A DNA stretch of 64,000 bases, taken from the NCBI GenBank assembly GCA_963845755.1, contig CAWJTV010000019.1, positions 32,001 to 96,000 of the forward strand. The letters run 5' to 3'. This document shows positions 55,672-64,000 of the stretch, piece after piece. The stretch's first letter is position 1. Every line of letters starts with the position of its first letter. The position numbers were made by a program, and so were the translations under genes. A model generated the notes under the pieces. It did no database searches and had not been told where the DNA came from. It was given only the letters and a program-made list of their open reading frames with translations. The stretch is from an uncultured Planctomycetota bacterium (lineage in GTDB: Bacteria > Planctomycetota > Planctomycetia > Isosphaerales > Isosphaeraceae).

Positions 55672-55890
55672 CTACGAACTTTGGCGATGCTGGTCGAATA
55701 CCCGCTCCAAGGCTTCAGCAATTCTCGCCTGGTGTTCGTCGAGCGACCAAGCGGGATCTTCTGCCTGATGCATGACCTCCTTGGCGGACTGGAGGTCGAG
55801 CCCAAAACTCTCTCGGATGGCCCGGATGGCGGCGAAGCGGTCGCCGGTGGCCTTGATTACCTCCCGAAAAAGTTCTACCGGACTGTCCAT
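55672..55890 (-). CDS. Small hypothetical protein with L7/L12-like AIRAIRE.FGL.L..AKE motif
   Basis: Co-directional 72-aa ORF inside the DUF1592-DUF1552 operon. Confidence 0.55.
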   Translation of the reverse strand: MDSPVELFREVIKATGDRFAAIRAIRESFGLDLQSAKEVMHQAEDPAWSLDEHQARIAEALERVFDQHRQSS

Positions 55891-55985
55891 CGATTCGAGG
55901 CTCCGCAGCCCTTTTCCGAGATTCCTGGATCGTCACCCTTCACCTAGCTTTTGATCGCCCGCAACCCAGAGAGGCGTCGGTCAGG

Positions 55986-58900
55986 TCAATTCTTCGAGCC
56001 TGTGTCTTGTCCTCGAATCTCCCGGAACTGCCGACTTTTCACGATCGCTTCAATCGCGGCGAGGATATGATAATCCTTCGCCTTCAGCGCGTCCTGGATC
56101 TCGGTCATCAGCGGTTCGTCGGAAAGCTGTACGGATCGGCCGAGGGCATAGCCCAGCAGCTTCCGGGAGAACTGTCTCACGAATGAATCGCGGCGGACCG
56201 AGCTCAGGTAGTTTCGCAAGCTCTCGGCGCCATCGAGCGAGGTGCCATCGAGGGTCTTCGATCGCGTGTCGATCGGCCGATCGCCGAGGTCCTTGTCGCG
56301 CCATCGGCCGATCGCGTCGAATCGCTCCAGTGCGAATCCGAACGGGTCGATGCGACGATGGCAGACGGCGCATTTGACGTCGCTGCCATGTTTTTCCACG
56401 AGCTGCCGGACGGTCAAGCCCGCGGTGGCTGACTCGTCGTCGGGGAGAGGCGGGACCCCCTTGGGCGGGCGCGGTAGTCGCTCGCCCAGCAAGACCTCGC
56501 TGATCCAGTTGCCTCTCAAGATCGGACTGGTGCGCGCGGCACCGGACTGCTTGGCCAGCGTGGTCGCCTGGCCGAGGATGCCGCCGCGGGAGAGTTTCTT
56601 GATGCCGTCAACCCGGCGCCATGCGGCTCCCGTCACACCGGGGATCCCGTAATGCTCCGCCAGATCCTGGTTCAGGAACGTGTAGTCGGCGTCGAGGATG
56701 TCGAGCACCCGGCGATCCGACTGGAAGAAGTCGGCGAAGAACTGGATCGATTCTTCATACATCGCGCCGCGGAGTTTATTAAAAGTCGGGAAATGGCGCT
56801 CGCTCTTCTCGTCGAGCTGATCGAAGTCGTAGATGTGCAGCCACTGGCAGGCGAACTCGGTCGCCAGCCGGCGCGTCTTGCCGTCGCGGAGCATGCGACG
56901 GGTTTGAGCCAGCAGCACGTCGGTCTCGTGGAGCTTGCCCGCGGCCGCGACTTGCCGCAGCTCGTCGTCGGGTTGCGACGACCAGAGGAAATAGCTCAGC
57001 CGGCTCGCCAGCTCGAAGTCGGAGACCGGGCTCTGGCCCGCCACGGAACCCGGCTGCTCCACCCGGTACAGGAACGGCGACCCGACGAACACGCGCGCCA
57101 GCGTGAGGTGGAAAGCTTGGTCGTGGTCGAGCCCTTCTTTCCGCAGCGTGGCGTACAGCGCGCGAAGCTCGTGCGACTCCGACTCGGTCAGCGGCCGCCG
57201 ATAGGCGCGCGCGGCGAATTCGAGAAGCGCATTGAGCTGGATGGGCTCGGCGGCCTTCAGTCGTTTCCGGAACGCGGCGGCCCGATCATTGAAGGGCTGG
57301 CGCAACGGTGCGAACACCGAGGGGTCCGCGTCCTGCGAGGCGTACTCCATCAGTTGGGCCAGGACATCGACGAGCGTCAGCGCATCCTGGCTCACGAACC
57401 GAAGCTCGTCCCAGAGCCGGTCGAGTCGAGCCGCCTGGGCAGGGTCGAGCATCAGCCGGACGAGATGGTCGTCCTCGCGATAGAACAGCGTCAGCGTGAT
57501 GACCTCATCCACCGGGACGATCTTGGTGTAGCAGAGGGCCGCCGGGAATAACGCCGCGGAACGCCTCGAATGCCGACTCGATACGCCGGCGTGCCGGGCT
57601 CCCGTCGTTGACCACGATCGGGCGACCGGGCTGGAGGCCGGATTGCGAACGGGGAGTGCCGGCAGCCACGCCCAGTTGGACGCTCCCCTCAGTGCCGCTG
57701 TTCTGGTCGAGCAGGCCGGTCGCGATCAGCTCGCAACCGGCGACGAGATCGGCGGGGAGACGGATGGTAACGACCGATGGCGCGTGGACACACAGGCTGT
57801 CGGCGTCGATGGCGTTCCCATTCGGGTGCTTGCCGAACCGCGAGGCATCCAGTCCCCAGTCAAGCCCGCTCTTCGCGAGATCCTTGGCATGGTTGCCATT
57901 CCGGGATGCCGCATCGGCCCGATCACCCACTCGCGTTCGGAGCATCGCGCCGAACAAGGGTCCGCCCAGCGATGCGAGTTGCCGGTGGAGCGTGGCATCG
58001 GGGCTGCTAGATGCCGCGGGTGGTCCGGAACTCAGCAGTTCCTGGACGGCTTCCGCCAGCTTACGGCGGTCGTCCTGACTCCTGGCGGCCTGCCACCTGG
58101 CCAGCAGCGACCCGGCCGGGATCACGGGGGCCGTCGCACCGGGCTGGTCTGGCTCGGTGTAGAAATGCCAGACCGCGGCGTTGCCGAACCGGTCCGCGTG
58201 CGGGTTGCCAGCCAGGACGTCGCTCGAGACATCGGCGGCGAGGTCCCACGTTCGACCGCCGGCGCCGGATAGCTTCAGATCGATCGCCGTCAGATCGCAG
58301 GAGTGATTGCCGTCGCGCGGGCCGATCAGCAATGAGACGAGGTCGCCTTTCTGGACGTCGAGGCTTTCGATCGGTCCGATCTTCACCTCCTTGCTTCCGG
58401 CCGCGACGCCGTTGGCGAGTCGCTGGCGGGTCTGTCCGCGCCGCCGTTCGAGCGACCAGGTCACGCCATTGCCGCACTCGGGATGGGCATGCGTGACCGT
58501 TCCCTCGAGACGGACCGTTGACGTGACCGGACTGCGCCAGCCGGCGGCCACGCGCAGGGTCGGAGTCGGGTGCACCGCGACGCTGTGCGGTTTCATATTG
58601 CCGGGGATGCGGACGTGCTGGCCGGACGAATTCGCCACGAACTCCGGCAGGCCGGGATTGCCCCAGCCGTTGATGAAGTCGTAACCCGACCCTTTGGTCA
58701 TCTTATGAGCGAGATAGCCCTGCAACTGCACCGCGTCGCCCGAGCCGATGCCCAGATAGTCGAGCCAGGCGCGGAGGGCATCCGGCTCGATCCCGTGTGT
58801 CTTTGCGAGCGTGTTGATGTCCGCATGACCCTGTCCCGCCTCGGCTTGCTCGGCCGCGGTCAGATACGCCGACGCTCGGCCGAACACCTGCTGGCGACGC

Positions 58901-60217
58901 AGGGTCAGGTCGCGAGCGACGGCACGGACGTCTCGCAACAAGAGGTCGGGCCGACCGGGCGCCACGAGTCTCGGCCGCTGCCAGATGACGAAGTCGTCTG
59001 AGTTGCCGTCACCCGCATCCGACGCCAGCAGTGAGAGCACGACTTCCTGGCCCTCAGAAGTCGCTGGAATCTTGAACCGCACCTCCTGCCGGGCAACCAC
59101 CGGGTTGACGGGCTCCAGCCATCGCTTGGGTCCGCCGACCTTGCCGATCTGCCCGACGGTCGAGAATCGCGACAAGGTCTGTTGCCAGCCGGTGATCTCC
59201 GCGGCGAGCGCGGCAGCGTCGCTCGCCCTTGCGACTGCGCCAGCGTGCGCGAACGAGGTCCAGCAGCAGCGACGGTTCGGCGCTCCTCAGGCTGCTCCAG
59301 AGCGTGCCCAGATACTTGGCGTTCAGTTTGCGGTCCTTGGCCACGACGGCGATCGTCCGGGCGCCGGTCGCGAGGGCTTCGCGTTCCTCCAGCGTGGCCG
59401 TCAGGTACGATTCCAGGGGTAGCCGGCCGCCGTCATTGGTGTTGAACACAATGCCCTGGAGGTTCACCTGGTCGCTGCCGCGGGCATCGCTGAATTCGCG
59501 ATAGAGGCCCCGGATTTCCGCAAGCAGCTCATCGGTCCAGTCGCGTCGGGTGGTGCCGGGCGCGAATCGGAAACCGTCCGGCAACAGGACCGCGTGCGCG
59601 GCGACTTGCTTGGCGGCGTCCAGGTATTTCGTCAGGAGTGCCGGCGACATCACCAGCGCGTTACCGGTATTTGTGAACCCTTCGCCCGCCGCGCCATCGA
59701 CGGGAAACTCGCGCGTCGGGGTCAGCGACGCCAGGCCGGTCAGATCGCGGAGCGTGTAGGTGTACTCGGCGTTGTTCAGCCGTCGCAGGACCACCGGACC
59801 GGGATCGCCGGCATGCGCCAGGGCTTCCGCATAGAGATACCGCTCGACCCACCCGCGCAATTGCGTCGATTGCTCGGCCGTGGGCTGTTTCGCCCGCTTC
59901 GGCGGCATCTCCTTGTGGTCGAGCATCTCGGCGACCTTCTGCCAGACCTTTTCATCACGACGCACGTCCGTCAGCGTCGCGAACCGTTCGAGGTCCAGTT
60001 CTCCTTCCTGTTCCTCCGCCGAATGACATTCCAGGCAGAACTGTCGGATCGTCGGCCGGATCGTCGTCTTGTACTGATCGGCCAGGGCCTCGAAAGCGTC
60101 CGCTTTCGCCGTGGGTTCCTTCCCAAGAGCCACCGACGAGCAACCCCAAAGGATCGTTCCCAGGATAGCGATCGCGTGCATCACATGACGGCGGATGAGG
60201 TTAGAGATCATTCTCAT
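55986..60217 (-). CDS. DUF1587/1595/1592/1588/1585 planctomycete cytochrome c protein (frameshifts near 59230 and 57540)
   Basis: CLECH, LRRLNNAEY, AYRRPL, ELASRLSYFLW, TSPILRG.W, CAVCH, DPFG.ALE.FD.IGRWR. Confidence 0.92.
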
Positions 60218-60269
60218 GAGGTTATTGGTCCCCAGGGCGGCTCACGCCACAACCGGATCCGGAATCGCT

Positions 60270-60944
60270 TCACACGCGCCCGCGATGACTCTCGATGTGG
60301 ACTCGCAGACACGCTGCGCTCTCTTCGACCCGGCCGAGCCGGAGTGCGTCGATGATGCGCCGGTGGCCGTCGATTCCCTTGGCCCACTCGGCCTTCTTGA
60401 TGCTCTCGCGGAAGCGCTGAAAGAATACGTCCAGGACATCGCTGAACGCCATGAGGGGGAACAACCCGCTCGCGGAGATCAGCTCGCGGTGAAACGCCAT
60501 GTCCAGTTCAACCCAGCGCTGCACGGTGCGAGCCTGGCGCAGCTCGCGATTGATTCCGTCGAGTTTCTCGTAAATCGCCGGGTCGCGGCCCATCCGATGC
60601 GCGACGTGGGGAAGGACGCCGGTCTCGATGACGAGGCGCGTGTCGATCAGCACGTCGGGGGCCACGTTCTGGAGCGCGGGATGAAAGCCGAGGTACTCGG
60701 TCACGCGGTCCATGTTCACGTGACCGATCGTCAGACCTCTTCCTGGTTTGGCCTGGACGATGCCCAGCATCTCGAGCGATTTGGTCGCCTCGCGCAGGCT
60801 GAGTCGGCTGACGCCGAACCGCGCGGCCAGCTCGGTCTCCGTCGGCAGGCGATCGCCGGGCTGGAGGCTCTCGTCGACGATGTACTTCCGCAGCCGGCTC
60901 AGCACGACATCGCGCAGCTTGGATCGTTCGATCACTTCGAGCAT
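60270..60944 (-). CDS. GntR/FadR family transcriptional regulator
   Basis: LQPGDRLPTETELAARFGVSRLSLREA wHTH plus FCD domain (DMAFH, H..I). Confidence 0.94.
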   Translation of the reverse strand: MLEVIERSKLRDVVLSRLRKYIVDESLQPGDRLPTETELAARFGVSRLSLREATKSLEMLGIVQAKPGRGLTIGHVNMDRVTEYLGFHPALQNVAPDVLIDTRLVIETGVLPHVAHRMGRDPAIYEKLDGINRELRQARTVQRWVELDMAFHRELISASGLFPLMAFSDVLDVFFQRFRESIKKAEWAKGIDGHRRIIDALRLGRVEESAACLRVHIESHRGRV

Positions 60945-60986
60945 GCCGGTTCCTCGCGTTCGTATCGCACGCGTTTTCGCGAAAGA

Positions 60987-61005
60987 CAGATTATCAGACA
61001 ATCTG
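60987..61005. promoter_or_regulatory. Candidate FadR-type operator CAGATTATCAGACAATCTG
   Basis: AT-rich near-palindrome about 40 bp upstream of the regulator, in the divergent intergenic region. Confidence 0.6.
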
Positions 61006-61168
61006 ATCGCGAACAAGCCCCGAGCGAAGCGCGTTCACGAGGCTTGGCGACGGGTCGCCGTTCGACTACACTAGTCCCCGACCTAACACCGGTCTTTGCT
61101 CTCCTCTCCGCGACCTCTGACGTACCGACTTGTAACCCTTCGATTCGACCCGCCGAGAGATCTCCACG

Positions 61169-63384
61169 ATGTGGTCACTGCGTGTCCTCGCCCTTAGCCT
61201 CTTGATCGTCCCCATTGCGAAACCAGCTTCGGCCGCCGAGACGCCGTTCGGTCTGTCTCAACGCGTTCCCTGGAACGATTCACGCGTGGTCGGCTCGCCC
61301 GACCCGCCGACCCCTTACAAGGTCGTGAAGGCATTCCCCAGGTTGGTGGTCAAGCAACCCTTGAGCCTGACTCCCGAGCCGGGCACGAATCGTCTGTTCC
61401 TCCTCCAGCACCTGAACCACTGGGCCGGGCCGGGCCGGTTGCTCGCCATCCCCGACGACCAGAACGCGCATGAGGCCGAGATGCTGCTCGAGGTCGACGG
61501 ACTGGCCGTCGGCGTCGCCCTCCATCCCGAGTACGAGCGCAACGGCTACGTCTACATCGGCCTGAACGGACCACTGCGAGGCCGGCCCCGAACCACCCAG
61601 GTCGTGCGCTACACGGTCGACCGCCGGCCGCCCCATCGCATCGATCCGAACTCGAAGCGACTCATCATCGAGTGGCCCTCCAACGGGCACGACGGCGGCG
61701 ACCTGGCGTTCGACAACGCGGGCAAGCTCCTGGTCTCCTCGGGTGACGGGACCAGCGGCTCCGACGTCAACCTGACCGGCCAGTCCCTCAACGATCTGAC
61801 GGGAGCGGTGCTGCGGATCGACGTCGATCATCCCGACCCCGGGCGGAACTACGGCATTCCGGAGGACAACCCGTTCCTCCGTCGCCCCGGCGCACGGCCC
61901 GAGCTGTGGGCGTACGGCCTGCGCAATCCCTGGCGGCTGAGCTACGACCGTCCCTCGGGCCAGACCTGGGTCGGGAACAACGGCCAGGACCTGTGGGAGC
62001 AGATCTACCTGATCCAGAAAGGGGGCAACTACGGATGGAGCCTCACGGAAGGGAGCCATGTCTTCAACGCCCAGCGACAGACAGGCCCCGACCCGATCTC
62101 CCATCCGGCCGCCGAACACCACCATAGCGAGGCCCGTTCGATCACCGGCGGCCGCGTCTACCGCGGCAGTCGGCTCCCCGAACTGGTGGGCGTTTACTTC
62201 TACGGCGACTGGTCCACGGGCCGCGTCTGGGGGATCAAGCACGACGGCACCAAGGTCACCTGGCACCATGAGCTGGTCGACACGCCCTTCAACATCACCG
62301 GGTTCGGTACCGATCATTCTGGAGAGCTCTATGTCATCGACCACGTCAGCGGATTCTACCGGCTCGAGCCGAGGACCGCGGCCGACCGGCCCTCCGTGCC
62401 GTTCCCGACTCGATTGAGCGAGACCGGACTGTTTGCCTCGGTGGCTTCCCACCGGCCCCACCCGGCCGCTCTCCCGTTCGACGTCAGCGCCCCGCAATGG
62501 GCCGATGGGGCGACGATGGAGCGGTTCGCCGCGATCCCGGGGATGGAACGGATCGAGCAGCAGCCGCAAAAGAATGCGGGGGGCACGTGGACATTGCCCG
62601 ATGGTTCGGTCCTGGTCCAGACCCTCTCGCTCGACCTGCCCGACGAGGCCGGCAAGATCGTCCGCAAGCGGATCGAGACCCGCATGCTCACCCGCCAGCA
62701 AGGGGAATGGACCGGCTACTCCTACCGATGGAACGCCGGTCAGACCGACGCCGAGCTGCTCCCCGCCACCGGGGGCGCCGCGGAGCTCGAAGTGGCCGAC
62801 TCGAGCGATCCGAGCGGCCGTCGCGAGCAGACCTGGCGATTCTCCACCCGCACCGAGTGCATGGTCTGCCACTCGCGCGCGGCCGGCTTCATCCTGGCCT
62901 TCACGCCGCTCCAGCTCGACCGCGACCACAATTACGGCGGGATCACCGACAACCAGCTCCGGATCGTTCGAACACATCGGCCTGTTCCAGGGTGCGCTGC
63001 CCGCCCGGCCCAAGAATCGGATCAGGCTGGTCAATCCGTATGAGGAGAAGACCCCCCTGGAGGCCCGCGTGCGGTCGTACCTGCACGTGAACTGCTCGAC
63101 CTGTCACGTCAACGAGGGGGGCGGCAACTCCAACATGGAGCTGGATCTGACGACCCCAAACAAACGAATGCGGCTGATCGATGAAGCCCCCATTCATGGC
63201 AATCTCGACATCAAGGACGCCCGGCTCGTCGCCCCGGGCTCACCCGAGCGCTCGGTGCTCTATCGGCGGATCTCCCGTCGCGGCTCCGAGCAGATGCCTC
63301 CCCTGGGGTCGAACGAGGTCGAACCGCTCGGCCGTCAAGCTGATCGGCGACTGGATTCGCGGCTTGCCGGCGGTGGGGCGATGA
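61169..63384 (+). CDS. PQQ-dependent sugar dehydrogenase-like (GSDH) protein with heme c motifs (frameshifts near 62965 and 63325)
   Basis: HDGG.L.F, GAVLRIDVD, WAYGLRNPW, GGNYGW, SITGG.VYRG, CMVCH, CSTCH, QMPP. Confidence 0.9.
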
Positions 63385-63501
63385 GCCTGGCCGATTCGCC
63401 GCGGAAGAACAGGGTCACGGCTTCACGGGTTCCGATGGCTCGTACGCGTTCACACCTCGGTCAACAATGGTCCGAGGTTCACTCGTTCCCACGCTCGGTG
63501 C

Positions 63502-63745
63502 CGAAGGTACTCAGTCCCTTCGAAGATCCTCACTCTCTCAAGGTGAGTACCTTCGAAAGGGACTGAGTACCTTCGAAGCCGACGCACGGTTCCTCGTCAG
63601 AAAAGAAGAGAAGAAGAAGAGAGAGCGTGTGTTGGCGTCGGATTGTGGATGCATCCATTGGTCGTAACGTTCGAAGGTACTCAGTTCCTTCGAAGGTACT
63701 CACCTTCCGTGAGTGCGGATCTTCGGGGCAAGGTGAGTATCTACG
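63502..63745. repeat. Cluster of CGAAGGTACTCA palindromic repeats
   Basis: Forward copies at 63502, 63521, 63672 and 63691; reverse copies at 63544, 63564 and 63734; perfect 19-bp IR at 63502-63520 and 63557-63575. Confidence 0.88.
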
Positions 63746-63863
63746 GTCGGACCGCTCCGTCCTGGGATGGTGTGGACTTCGGTCGGTCCGCCCCGTTCTC
63801 GGACTTCAAGAACGAGTACGACGGCTCGGGTAGCGTGGAGGCTGTCTCGATCGGTTGCGCTCG

Positions 63864-64000
63864 TCACCCGGATCTCCCGGCCCCGGCCACTCTCCAACGC
63901 CTCACCACGATCATGCCCACGCTCAACGCCAGGAGTGTCCACCAGGGCTGGTCGCCGATCCAGTAAGTATAGGGGCTCCGGTAATCGAGTAAGGTCACCT
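63864..64000 (-). CDS. C-terminus of a membrane protein, possibly apolipoprotein N-acyltransferase-like (partial)
   Basis: VTLLDYRSPYTYWIGDQPWWTLLALSVGMIVVRRWR resembles the Lnt T/SPY..WGD tail. Confidence 0.4.
   Translation of the reverse strand, partial: VTLLDYRSPYTYWIGDQPWWTLLALSVGMIVVRRWRVAGAGRSG

Noticed and set aside
63502..63745. CRISPR array
   Set aside because: Repeats are 12-19 bp, in mixed orientation, with no regular unique spacers and no cas genes.
1..64000. Frameshifts in about 20 genes as mass pseudogenisation or programmed frameshifting
   Set aside because: They are single-base indels scattered across unrelated genes, often in G/C runs, with motifs otherwise intact. Uncorrected long-read error is the simpler explanation.

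Overview
GC-rich bacterial DNA whose gene content (DUF1501/DUF1549-1553/DUF1592 clusters, PEP-CTERM proteins, ECF-kinase modules) points to a planctomycete, probably Isosphaeraceae. Many genes carry single-base frameshifts, most likely uncorrected long-read errors. (1) 1-8.7 kb: nested mobile region. A Fic gene is cut by an IS66, whose tnpB is itself cut by a compact large-serine-recombinase element (TCTTG core). An intact ISAs1 with a 10-bp target duplication and a 5'-defective tRNA-Ile(GAT) copy, probably an att site, follow. (2) 8.9-16.3 kb: ordinary membrane, glycosyltransferase and methyltransferase genes. (3) 16.5-25.8 kb: repeat-rich accessory region. It holds an ORF-less group II intron whose EBS1 is complementary to the palindromic repeat it sits in, two tandem sigma-factor/PEP-CTERM cassettes sharing a conserved intergenic motif, a MITE-like nested palindrome and a third PEP-CTERM gene. 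(4) 25.9-32.7 kb: ECF sigma / zf-HC2 Ser-Thr kinase / TPR-PDZ-CHAT protease operon. (5) 32.9-41.8 kb: rhomboid, mgtE and a PRTase-kinase-WD40 fusion. (6) 41.9-63.4 kb: a planctomycete DUF/cytochrome c cluster with sugar-processing genes and a FadR-type regulator, then a palindromic repeat cluster.
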